A DNA stretch of 64,000 nt, taken from contig JBHGNT010000005.1 in assembly GCA_043228905.1 (NCBI GenBank), positions 6,324,001 through 6,388,000 on the forward strand, read 5' to 3'. Shown piece by piece: positions 33,569 through 46,981 of this stretch (the first letter of the stretch is position 1; each line of letters starts with the position of its first letter). The translations under genes were made by a program, and so were the position numbers. Origin of the DNA: Azolla caroliniana (Eukaryota; Plantae; Polypodiophyta). The notes beneath the pieces are model-generated. The model did no database searches, was not told where the DNA came from, and saw only the letters and a program-made list of their open reading frames with translations.

Positions 33569-35714
33569 GGCGCTCTCTCTGTTCAAAAGAGTTTTAATTA
33601 TTTATTTAGTGATTGATATCAGAGTAAGTTTGCATATATATATATATGCATAGCAGCATATGCACATACATGATAATACACACCGAAATTTGGACAAATA
33701 CTTTCTGCATTTTCTTTGTGCTATTTTTGCAATTCTTCAGAGAAGTGTTAGTGTAGGTTCAATGTTTGTCGTGGGGCCGGGTTTTCTGTCACCACCACGA
33801 AAGCACACAAACAACATCTTAACTAAGCAAGCCGTCCATGACAATGCAAACACATTTTTAAACGGACAGATTGTGTCCACTACAATAGGGCCACACAAGC
33901 CTTATAAATAAGTAAAAGGTACTCTAGATAGCCATGCCCACAATACGCTTCAACTTGGGCTGAAGTGCCCACTCATGCTTAATAGACGTCTTGTGATACT
34001 CTTACTTCACCTCTCATAGATCCTGAAAAGAATTAATTGAATCATGGTATATTGGCACCATAATAATTAGCTGCTTTATCAATAGCATGGTTGATTGTTT
34101 CTATTCTCAGACCATTACAAGGCACATTTCCATTATTGACTAGCTTGGTGGTTGGTGACAATGTTCATCAATTAATTGGTGTTGGTGCATTATGTACTGT
34201 TTTGTATCTTTTATCTTGGTGTATATCCTTTTGATTACAACACTCCCAACAATAAGTAAGATGGGAACCATTTCAGTAAACATAAAATTAATTTCCTCCA
34301 CATATTGCAGATCCATCCACTGCAACCCCATGGTTTATCACGTAACAATAAATGCTTATATCACCATCAGGTAAAAACTCTTCCTCACTTCCTAACAGAA
34401 CCACATGAATGTGAAAATGAATACTGTATAATCTTATAAGAACCATATCTAGCAAGCTATAGGCCAACACATAACCCAAAAACTTTTACATTGTTCTTAA
34501 ACAAAATGAGTAATTTGAACTTGAGTAGCATTCAATAATTATGGCAAGCTAGAGAAGTATTCTAGTAAAATCATGATTATCTTTAATGGAGAAATTTATG
34601 TTTGTTACATTATTCCTGAGAAATAAGCTTTTACATTCCGGACTTCCACATATTGAAAATTACAACCATTGCTTCTTATTCAAGACTTATATGTTTAATT
34701 AACAAGACGCCTTCAACAATGACTTTAGCATTAACAGCAAAGCATGTATTTAAGCATGCAGATGCCTTCCATAATGCTTCTATTGTGATTTTTGCATTAA
34801 AAGATCACAGAATCTCACGTACGTGCCAATTGGAGTAAACAAAGACAAGATTTGTGCCACGGTTATATTTATCGAAAAGCCATTCTTTGTTGGCTATTTA
34901 AAGGAATCATATTGCCTTTGATTCTTTCTCAATAGTAATTCTCCAACTTTGGCGCCTACGTCTGGATGAGATGATGATCTTTATGGCCATATGAATGTTC
35001 TGTACATATCACCAATCAATAGCAACATTATCATAATTGAAAGTGATAAAGATGCAACAGATAGAGGAAGTAAACTTCCATCAACAAAAAATTGGTGTTA
35101 AAATCAATGAAGAGTGCAACATATAATTATTACTAAAAGCTAGTTCTTCCTGTTTACATGCCTCAATTATTAATTGCTATGTTTTTTATACTCACCAGCG
35201 AAATCAGTTTGAATATCATAGATTAAATATAATGTGTGAAATGGTTTCTATGTGCAAGAACATGTTCGGTAATAGAAGTATCCATAATGAAATGGTTTTT
35301 ATGCATTTTCTACAAATGTCACAATAAGCTTCCGTTTAATTGTTAAAGACCAATGTAAGTGTTTCTTTTTACTAAAATTTCAAAAGTTGCAAAAACCAAC
35401 AACTGCATTGACGCAATGCAATTTGGGTGGTGGAGATTTATTGTAATTGCAAAATGAATCAGAAAACACTTCAAATAATGGATGCATGAATAATGGCTTG
35501 CTTTTTAACATATAGAACATGATGGTCCAGAATATTTTGTGTGGGAAGTAATATTTCATAGAAATAAAGAAAAACATTCTGATGCACAGATGTTTTTTTA
35601 TACACAGACCTTATGCAAGTAACACTATGTTACTCTTTAAGTGTGGAAAGTTTCCATGTTGAATGTTTGAAATCCATCCTCAGCAGTAAATAAATGGACT
35701 AGTGATCATTTCCA

Positions 35715-38700
35715 TCACAACCCAAGGAAATTTTGAAGAACAGAGTGCAATGCCTGCAAATAGTATGCACCTCTTAAGTAAATAAAAGTTGGCATAAAGA
35801 TTACATGTTACAAAAGCACAACTTTGTAGTCCCAAGAGTCAGGACTTCCATTACAACCATGTTGCCAACACTACTGATGATTATGTGCATCTTTGAATAC
35901 TTCAGTGGTATTGGAAAAGAAGACCATGTAAAATATTTAATTCAAACTATATTCCCTACCTTTGCACTTGACTTCACCGCACATTTTGTGAAAAATTATG
36001 GCTGGTAAAAATGTATTAAAACTGCAAATATTATGGCATGAAAAAAACATGTACCTCAGCTGCAAATGCCTCCTTGCCGTCTAGAAACGATGACATGGCC
36101 ATTTTTGGATCCTCAAAGACACTGTAAAATGACTTATAAAACTGTGCTCTGATTCATACGAATATATTCAGTCATTCATAGCAGATTCAATTATAAGCTT
36201 ATCGCAATAAGCAAAACAATTAAGCTTAAATTGACACTTACTGATCAACTTCAGAACAAAGTTTATCCATCTCATCGAATTTTCTGGTCAAGAGTTCAGC
36301 TGCCATTGGGGAAAGTTTATGGAGAACAAGCATTTCCAATGTTTTTGGAAAATGGAACTGCAATACCACATTCAGGCCCAAAACACAAGAAATTGAACTA
36401 TATGAGTATGTACTTCATGTAAGATTGGAATTATTAAGTAGGGTGAAAGCTATAATTGTGTTCTGATGCCTTCTGGGTAAAGTGAAGGCCAGTTTCAGCA
36501 CATACACATAAACCTACACCAAACATCCTGGGATTTATTTATTCGTACATTTAGATCTTGAACTAAAGTGTTGCTAGTTTTCTCTCTAGGAAGACTCTTC
36601 CTTGCCAATAGGTTCTACATGAATCTTTTTTTATACATCTCTTAAAACCCTGCAGTCTACAAAATCTTTTTATCCTCTTTCTCCCTAATGGTATAGCATC
36701 TCTTGAGCCTCCTCAACTGTTGGTTCTAACATCTTTAACTTCCAATGTATCCTTCATACTTGGAAATGGTAAATTAAGAAAATGCTCATTATTCACAAAA
36801 TTGGAAATTACTTTATCTCATTCATCTGCATGACTTCCAACTTGGTAGAATTGTTAAGTCAGCAACTATGTTTTCCACAACCTAGAAGATACACAAAGAA
36901 GTATTTTCCCACACCTCCTATTTAAGTATGGTGCTCCTCTTCCAACTGAGCAGTCAGTTTGGAGATGTAGTTCCTCAAACCGACTCTCATGTAAGAAATA
37001 TGAGTTCGAGAGAACAAGTGAAAGCCTGCTCGGTACTAAAACATTTTAAACACATGCAGTGAATGACCTAAACCGAAATATCCAAAAGTGTTATCAGAAA
37101 ATAACAACCTGAACTCCCCTACCTTTTCTCAACATTCTTAATAATCAAAGAAATCCATGACATCATTAGGCCTATGAAGCTTTCAACAAACAATTGCAAG
37201 AGTTGGAAAACTAGGGAGATAACAAGGTGTATATAAGAGTTACAGAAAATTAAGGAAACAGTTGAGAAAGCATGCAATAACATACAGGAATGCAAGATGA
37301 TAAATTTACAAGAATGTGATACCATACATCTCATAACTTACAAGAATGTGATATCTTGACTCAAAAGAATGTGATATCATAACTTACAAGAATACGATAT
37401 CACACTTACCACCATACTAGAGAGTACTTGCTTGAGTGATAGAGGATCAAGGATGCTGAAAACGTGGGCTGTTGCATCCTCTGAAATACTAAACGGAATC
37501 TTACAGTTTTTGTCGATCGTTCGCTGTGGATAGGAACTAGCATGAGCTTCATGAATGTATTCATCTTTGCCAGATTTTTTTCCATATTCTATCATGTCCT
37601 CAGATGTGCATGACAAAATAAGGGTTTTCAAGCAATGCTTCTGTAAAGGTGTCAAGATGTCTATGGAAATATGCCATTCTTTCTCTGCAGCAAATTTACT
37701 TTCTTTCTTCTTGATCAATGGGAACAGTTCTGATTGCTTAAAACTGGAATCGGAGTCAGTTCTCTTTATAGAAGAATCTTCAATATCTGTTTCACTATCA
37801 TTGGCTTGTTTTTTCTGTAGTAAATGTGCCTTAGATAGACCAATAATCCGTTCCTGAAATCAGAAGTAAAAGAAAATTGCAATCATTCATTTAGCTAGTG
37901 GAGTGATAAATTTATATACTCACTATATAGTGCAAAAAGAGCATATATTCACCTTCTCAGAATCTAAAAGGCTGTTTTGTGGTGCATCCAAGGTAGATAC
38001 AATAACAAACAAGGAGATCAAAGTAAGCTTTGATGACAATTTTAAAGAGCTGGAAAATTTACCAAAACATTCCTCATCCCTACTATTTTCAACAATCTAA
38101 AGATGCCCCTCATTTTTTCAGAGACTCCAAAGATACTACCATTCTACAAATGTCTCTCTCTATCCAATTTTCACAAAATACCCTAATAAAGTTTTAAAAA
38201 TAAAAATTCCCTTCTTGCAATTGTGAAAGGGATTCGCAACTTCGGTTTCCATGTTGATCCTCAGAGCTGCATTTAGAACGGAAGGGCCTATAAAAGTTGA
38301 TATATTGTTGCTTTGGTATTGAGATGGCCCAGTACAACACCCTTTTTTCCACTATTCACAAGATGGATTCACCATCAGGCTCTCTTATATGAAAACACCT
38401 TTTTCACGTGCTCCATGGTGTAATATATCAGCTCAAGATCTCTTCACATCGATTAGAAAGAAAGAAAGATATATTAGCATCTTTTAAGAGGCCAAAATAG
38501 CTTATAAGACCAAACAAGAGATTACATCTTAAGTGTTGTCTCGTCTTTGAGAACAACAAACCAAAATAAATGTTGCTAAGTAAAAAGAAAAGTAAATATG
38601 GTACATGTAACATTCTTAAGTCAGATATATTGTAATTTTTGTCTTCAAAAGATCTCTAGCATATGGCACACAAAGCAATGGAAGAATGCATCTGGCAGCT

Positions 38701-41700
38701 GTGTCATTTGGGATGTGGAATCAGAGGAACTATGTTTGCCATGATGGGGGAGATACACTACCTCTTTGAACTAAGCAAGGTAATGGAATACAAAGAACCA
38801 TGATGCTTGGAACTTTTTTTGCTAGAAATCAAGAGAAATAGAGAAGTTTTTAATGGACAACAATACAACAACAAAACCTCATCAACAAAGAACCTTCAAA
38901 ACATTATTTAGTTCCAGCACTACCCCGCATGCTACAAGTCAACCAAGATCTACACAAGTTGGACCCCGACCATGACATTCAAAAGGGCTAACAATAGATT
39001 GCGCAATTTTTGTGCATGAAGGCCACCATAGCCTCATAGCTCTTGTTATCAATAAAGCCAGACCATCAATACCTAGCACGAAAGGTTCTTCCTTTAATTT
39101 GGAGATCTTTTTAGACTGGATCAGCCCATGTTGGAGATCTTTCAGAGACAGAAGTTTCATTCTATTGAAATTCAGGATGTTAAATGCTCAGCGATCAAGA
39201 ATATCACCTTAGGTTTAATAATTTAGTTACATTTATTTTGGTTTATCTGAAAGACGAGACAGCCTTTTAGGATATACAGTTTGATCTTATAGAACATTCT
39301 GGAATCTTAAAGGATGTTAAATATGTAGTCACAGATTCTTTCTCTGTTGTCATAGAGAAAGAGTGGATAGAAAAAAGGATGTAAGTTTCAAGAACTTTGA
39401 CTATAGTAGGGATATCTTGGGAGTTTCATGAAAAATGAGGGGCATTTTGCTAAATTTGTCTAAAGCATTTCTTTAATCTGACTAACCTGCTAACTACTCG
39501 CCGCAAATAATATCCATCCATATGAGAGCCCAACATTGACATTACCATTGAAGGCCACCATAAGTTGACACCTATTGTCAGACTATCACTATCAACTTGA
39601 TGGTACCTGAAATAAACATAAAATCTGTAAGAGAAAAAGAAACAATGGAATAAGCATTATATAGGAAACTAACACGAAGACTTTACCAGCCTTCTGGTAT
39701 AAATAATGCATCCCCTGGCTGCAGGGTTACCGCTCGAGAATATTTATATGCCTGTTCAAAATGTGGATGCAACAGAGTATTTGGCTTGACAAAATCAACA
39801 GAGCTGGGAATAAATCGTTGGCAAACATTAATGATCACCACTTTACATGACTAATGTATATAAGAGGGAAAACTCCAAACACCCATCAATTTTGCTTTAT
39901 TTCCCGAAATGATCTAAGCTTTTGTTGCTTTTCCAACCATAATTGACAAACAGGGGGATTTGATCCTATTAGTGATGCAGCACCACATATATGGCTCAAG
40001 ATGGGGGGGCAACCAATGGCATTTGAGGAAATAACAAATGCTTAGGGGCATTTTGGTGAAGAACGTGTAACTCATGGATCTTGTCCATAGTTTTTCTCTA
40101 TATATAATGTGCATAAAAACAAATGCCTGGATCATCTTTAAAATAGCAGAACATATGCTACGCTAAAACAAAAAATCCTTTTCAAGGCTATTCAATTACA
40201 AAAATATTAATACCTATGATTTGAAGCCTCTCCATGAACTGGGTAAGGATAAAGAAATGGGGTTGCAGAAGGTGGCCATAATGTAACTGAGGAAGAAGAA
40301 TCTTGTTAGTATACTTTCTATTATCAAGTTTTGCAAATTTAGTCTACAAATAGTATTTACCTTGCTTTGTTCCAGCAAGTACACATAGAACATTATGAAA
40401 GGGGTCATAATGTGTACTTGATTTTGATGCAAGAGCACTCATCCATAAATTGATATTAGTGATGGATAAAGAATTCAAGTATTTTGGCTACCAACAATAG
40501 AAAAGCATAAACATCAGACAGAAAAAAAAAGATATGTCAGCCTCTCTAAAAGGCCACAACAGCAAATGAAACTTAACAAAGATTACAACAATGTTAGAAA
40601 CATCTAAAAAATTAAATGACCATTGTAATGTCTTGTAATAGCATTTTCAATGGAGATGATTCCTGCTGCTCTTTGCTAAATATTGGCACCTGAAAGATCA
40701 AGTTTTGATTGTCAATATATGAACCAAAGTTTTGACAATATTAATAAAACTAACATCAAAATACTTTACCTGAGCTAAATATAACTGCATTCCATCAAGA
40801 AGTTGACCTTCACTGGATTGTTTATCTTTTTTATCACAATCCATAAACTTCGAAGCATAATCAAGATATTCTCCAAAGGAAAGAGCCATCTGTAAAAATT
40901 ATAGAACAGGGCATGCGATGAAGATATGATATAACAAGGATCTGGCAGTATTTAAGATTTAAACTTACTCTCTCATGACTTCGGATGTCTCCATAGAAAT
41001 TGCCATCTGATGTTGAAAGCATCACTTGCACAGTTGCATCACTTGCAATGCACTGAATAATATAAACAGGAACGGATATTTGATCCTTTGGATGACATTT
41101 GTAGCATCTTATCAGATTATTTATCATGAATATCAGGGAAAAAAATCCAGCGACTTGATTTTTGTGATTTCTGATCAGCTATGTTCAAAATTAAAAAATC
41201 AAAATTTCTGTTGGCTGATTAGAAATTAGGGCTTCTGATCACTGTTTTCCGATATCAGAAACTGGAGTTTCTGAAGATATCCTCTTTGTGATTTCGATAT
41301 TAATGTATTCAGTGCATTACAGGTCTGGGATACCATTTCGGCATTGTATTTTGGGACTTGTGTTGCACTAGATGAAATACTCTTCTTCTCGTAATTTTTT
41401 ATTCTAGTTAAATTAGTAAAGAAATAACAATGGGGCCAATCTGTGTATGTGCCAAATTTTCTAAATTCTTACTCTCTTTTCAAGCATATGTTCAATGATT
41501 GTTAATTGGGTGAAGGCTAGTTATGGCTTAAGATTTAATCATTACCCTCGAATTTTGTTCAGGCCAGTTTCAAGGAATGTCAATCACAAAAGTATTAGTA
41601 AAAGAGATATTAATCCCATGGCTTCACAAAGATGGTGCATGCTTAGAGCATTCTTTACCTTTGTATATTTGGTTTTATTTGTAACTTTATATTTGGTATA

Positions 41701-43357
41701 AATTTTAAAACCAAGTAAACCGGCCTAGATAATGGAAATGATCGTAAAATCATGTTGCATCTGTTTGTTAAAAGTACTTTTTCCTATTTCAGGGTTGCGG
41801 TGTTCTCTAGGATAACCTGCTTTGTTTATATTTGTGAGTCATTGAACATAACCTCAAGATGAGGTGCAAAGAATTCTTGTTGAAAGTTTACCTTGAGATA
41901 GTCAAGTCCACCATCATGAGGTTGCCATTTTATGTATGCCGGCCAAGATGTGACAGAACCTTCAAACAGCTAATCCACAATAATGAAATAAACAGAAATG
42001 AGAATATTTAACCAAGAAACATATTATAAAAAGTTTAACGCCCTAATCCACAAATAAATGGCAAAAACAAATATATATATGACAAAAAAAATCATAATGA
42101 CTAAAACATTTCAAAGAAGTAAAATACCACACAGTTTGTGCATTTATATATGGGAACAAAAAACAAGGTTTTACACGAATAAGAACAAACAGAGGAAACT
42201 TCGCATAAGAAAACAGATTTCATATAATAGGAATACCTAATCCATCAAACACAGAACAAGTAAACATGAAAGATATAAACAAAAACAAGAAGAGAGGTCC
42301 AAGATAGGATAGGACAAGGTTTTACACGAATAAGAACAAACAGAGGAAACATCACGTAAGAAAACAGATTTCATATAATAGAAATACCTAATCCATCAAA
42401 CACAGAACAAGTAAACATGAAAGATATAAACAAAAACAAGAAGAGAGGTCCAAGACAGGAAAGGACAAGGTTTTACACGAATAAGAACAAACAGAGGAAA
42501 CATCACGTAAGAAAACAGATTTCATATAATAGAAATACCTAATCCATCAAACACAGAACAAGTAAACATGAAAGATATAAACAAAAACAAGAAGAGAGGT
42601 CCAAGACAGGAAAGGTGGATTTAATGCATTGGATAGACATTAACAAGGAAACAAAGTTTTTCATGTGATGAAAAAACTTAAGCCAGATTAAAGCGAATAT
42701 GAAAAATATAAATGGATCATTGGGAACAGAAACAGAAACTAGAAAATAGAAAGATTCCACATGAAGCATATATTGTGCACAATTTAACAAATGCATACAT
42801 CGTGAACACATACTTCATGCATATATATTATTTGCTTATGCAAAAGTTGTTCACCTTAAGATATTTAGGAAACGTGGTGTGCATCATTCATCTTCCCAAC
42901 ATGAAGTTAGAAATTTATTTATTTTCATAAATGAGGTTCCATCTTCTGGATTTTTTCTTCACTTTTCAAGCATATATCGTGAATAATTGACACGTGCATA
43001 TATGACGAACCATTAACACATCACCATATGAAAATATCATGAAAAATCAACATATCCATAAATCATTTCAATACATACGGAAAGCATCAACGAAACAATC
43101 CACCCATTCTTTGCCAATTCTCTGCATACACACACACACACACATATATATAGCAAGGAAATATCTAAACAGAATAAAGCCAACATCAACAACAACAAAA
43201 AACAAGATTTTGGGAGAAAACAATATATTGTTTCAAATGTTTTCAAGAAGAAGAAGAATTTACTGACCACAGGTATGCTGCGAGGTTCGATGCAGGAGGC
43301 GAATTCCTGAGCAGAGAGAATATGAGGAGGACGAAAACGATCGACCTCCCATTCCAT
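35715..43357 (-). CDS. JMJ31: JmjC-domain 2-oxoglutarate/Fe(II) oxygenase (JMJ31-like), 14 exons, ~529 aa
   Basis: Exons 43357-43268, 41969-41892, 41052-40969, 40889-40770, 40689-40621, 40487-40361, 40286-40214, 39803-39687, 39606-39487, 37971-37953, 37853-37410, 36357-36242, 36148-36055, 35753-35715 sum to 1590 nt in frame. Motifs YLAQ, NLWM, STHYDP (HxD), GEASNHS, PGDALFIPEGWYHQV. Confidence 0.85.
42163..42615. repeat. ~151-bp tandem repeat, 3 copies, in JmjC intron 1
   Basis: Unit ACAAGGTTTTACACGAATAAGAACAAACAGAGG...GAGAGGTCCAAGA recurs at ~42163, ~42314 and ~42465. Confidence 0.9.
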
Positions 43358-43460
43358 TTCCAAAGCTTTGATCAGGGAAGCTCCTAACTCTTGAGCCAGA
43401 AAACAAAGCAAATACAAAACAAGTAAGTGGTTAACTTCACTCACAAAACAGGGCTCCAAG

Positions 43461-44172
43461 TAGGGATCGGCAACGGCTCGGCTCAAGCCTAAACCGTTTG
43501 GCTTAGCCGGCTTGAAAACGGCTTGGCGGCTCGGCTCGGTTTAGGCTTGAACTTGCCTTAACGGTTTAAGCTCGGCTCGGCTTGGCTTGAGCCTCGCCAA
43601 ACCGGCTCAAACCGGATAAACCGTTTAAGCCGTTTATAAACTTTAGAGAGGGGGAGAGAGACAACCGACAAGGGGAAAGAGAGAGAGAGAGAGTAAGGGA
43701 GGGAGAACTACATAGATGAGGAGAGAGAGACAGAGGGAGGGAGACAACATATAAGGAGAGAGAGAGAGAGAGAGACTACACAAACGAGGAGAGAGAGAGA
43801 GAGGGAGGGAGACAACATATAAGGAGAGAGAGAGAGAGAGACTACACAAATGAGGAGAGAGAGAGAGGGAGGGAGGGAGACAACATATAAGGAGAGAGAG
43901 AGAGAGACTACACAAATGAGGAGAGAGAGAGAGGGAGGGAGACAACATATAAGGAGAGAGAGAGAGAGAGAGAGAGGAACTACATAGAGGGGAGAGACAG
44001 AGAGACTACACAGAGGGGAGAGAGAGAGAGAGAGAGAGAGGAACTCCGTTTGTGAACCGGCTCGGCTCGGCTCGGCTGAGGTTTGAGATCCTGTAAACGG
44101 TTTAGGCTTAGCCGGTTTGGCTTGGATTAGGCCAAACCAGCTAAGCCTAAACCGAACCGTTGCCGATCCCTA
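43461..44172. mobile_element. Non-autonomous hAT element (712 bp) with a GA-rich tandem core
   Basis: TIR TAGGGATCGGCAACGG/CCGTTGCCGATCCCTA; 8-bp TSD GCTCCAAG; GGCTC/AAACCG subterminal repeats; GA-rich repeats at 43645-44041. Confidence 0.95.
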
Positions 44173-44279
44173 GCTCCAAGTCTCCTTTCAAGACATCTAT
44201 AGACTATGATTACTTCTATATTTTATTTATTTTATTTATTTTATTTATTTATTTTATTTGTTTTGTTTTTTTGCTTATT

Positions 44280-44316
<37 letters not shown>

Positions 44317-46981
44317 CCAAATGCTATATATACATATATGTACATTATAGAATCCAAATGCAATATCCATAGATAACCTTCAGACATGGCCGGCACTGTC
44401 CGAGCATTTCATTGCCTCAGTAAATCCCAGGTCTTGTTATTTATATGGTCAGGAGGATCGTGTTGGGGCAAGGGTTTGGCGGGTGTGGACTAAAGCAAGT
44501 CTTACCCTCCTCATACATAGAACATCATCAAGAAGGTACCCAAGATGTTTACACATTTATATTTTTCTACAATTTCTAACACTCGATTAAAACCGTCGGA
44601 TTTTCTAATGTCGGATTTTTCAACACTTCATGAATTGCTGGAATTCGAATTAATTGCTACGAATTTTGGTACTTCTTAAGAAGTTATGGAAATCTATTGA
44701 GAAAACGAAGTGTTTGAATTTCTAACACAATGTTTGAAATGTTAGAATTTGTAGTAGTTTTAAGCAAGTGCAAATATTTTTGCCATTTTATTTTATTACC
44801 CAAATTTATAACAAAAAAAAGTTCAATTTTCATCTTTCAACCATAAATTCCAGTCTCCATCAAAACGATGGTCTCTTTGTTGAGTGAAAATGTTAGCAAC
44901 AACTCATTTTATGTAATAGTGTCAACAAGCCAAACAATCACAATGATTGTGGTGAATGCCTTCTATGGGCGACATGTCTCACTATTCGACAAGTTGTTAT
45001 AGTAATGGGTCATCGTGATGGAATCTCTTATGCTTGTCTTGGTGGATATGATGCACATAAGCATCGTAGGAATCGACAACAGAGAACTTTGTACGTCAAT
45101 AGAACAATGACGCCAATTGTTGCGGCATGAGGTACAACACCTAGGAATATTGACTTGTAGGTGGGTATAGGGGAACCTCTAAGGAGAATGCCACAACTAG
45201 TGAATAAACTCCATGGTAGAAGTGGTGCATGACAATTTGTCAAGCCAAACTAGACTTGGTGCACAATTGTTGTTTTTTCCTCCAAACCAACATGTTGTAC
45301 TAGTAGCAAATTGGTTGGCCAAAGTATATAGAGTTTATCGTGGGTAGTCCATGGAGGAGTGTTCAACTTTGGCATTGCATACTTTGGCGTCTTCCTAGTT
45401 CTTCGCTCATGTAGATGTGTTACACTAGGTTGTGCATTGTGGAGGGGTTTTACCATAATTTGAAACCAATCGAAATCTAAGATCCGTTCCATCATGGTGT
45501 TGAAAGTTGGTGATGGTGAAGTCCATCAAGCACATGTTTGTTTGAAAGGGCTAACTAATTATAAACTTCACGATAACCTTTAAGTATTGCGGGGTTGGGA
45601 GATCGTGTAGGAGACTGGAGTTGCTCAAAACATATGAGGAATATATGGTAGGTATTGTGGGAAAGCTCATGTGTCATATCAAAGCAGTTATGCACTTCCC
45701 AATCAAAGAGCTTCTAATTGGACATGTGAGTAAAAAGGTTTCATACAACACATTGAAGGTGGAAATGTGGCCAATTGGGAGTTTGTTGTACTAGCTAGTG
45801 GTTTGGTTATCTGAGGGCCAAAATTCAATGTACTTCGACAAGTTCATATGGAGAGAATGTGATGTAGAGGGTAGGAAAGAGGTTGTCATAGTGGAAGGTG
45901 GCACAAAGTTGTCAATGACCTCTTGATTATTTATTGAACTTTCTAGGTTGATGAGAGTTCTAGTGTCATTGTGTGGTGAATCCATGTTTTCTTTGCTCTA
46001 TTCATCACTCAACCAACTTTGTAGCTTATCCTCACATGACAATTTATTTTTTAAAGCTTTTTGGCACCAAATGAAAGTGGGCAAAGGGCCGCATGCTCAA
46101 ACAAGTTGGATAATTGAGCTTAATGGTTTGTGGGTGACTTGAGGTTAGTTTGGTGCATTGGCGCAACATTTTTTTCGAAAAAATGTGTGTTGCTACTTGA
46201 GTGGTGACAATTGTATCCCTACAATGGCCAAACACATGTTGCTATGTTATAATGTGCAACTCTATTGTGGTTGCCAAGGGTTATATGTTATTTTTGCCAA
46301 TGTTGTGAGTTTCAACTAGGTATTCTATTCTACCTTGACAAGGAATCTCCCAACGTTGTGAAAAACACTATTGGAAACAACTCATCCATGTACCTACAAA
46401 TTAGTGATCTATCATTTACCTGAAGGTCGTCTTTCTATTTCAGATGTCATTCAGAAGGAAGTGATAAGATAGATCCATTGAATGATGTTCTTCCTCGAAC
46501 TCCTACACTACTTTATTTTACATGATGCATCCTTGTGCATGTCTTCCATGTAACATGACTTGCATGAGGAGGAAACCTACTTAAACCACAATAGAATACT
46601 ATTGCTTGCATTGGTGGATTCTTACACCAAATTAATAAGATCACTTCCATGAAAATATATGATAGAGGGGAAGAGAAGATATAGTAGACAATACACACAT
46701 CTTTTATTGTGATAATAATCTTGTTGTTTTCAACCATATTGTTTTCTTCTGGCGGCTTTTATACAACACTTCACTACCAAAATATTTAACTTTAATTTTC
46801 TTTTTGTTGGTTGTATGAATATTGGTCAATCATCCAATTTTCCCTTTGCATACTATTGACGTATATATACTTCATCTATTTCATACAATTTGAATATAGA
46901 CGGACTTCCAATCGTTTTACACATGTCGCATGACTAACAATTCTCTTAGAGTTTTACACATGTCGCATGACTAACAATTCT

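Noticed and set aside
33600-35700. Short ORFs and splice-like sites between the JmjC and FHA genes
   Set aside because: No coding signal; probably UTR, UTR introns and promoter.
43643-43948. Leu/Ser-rich 101-aa ORF
   Set aside because: Translation of the (CT)n repeats in the hAT element.
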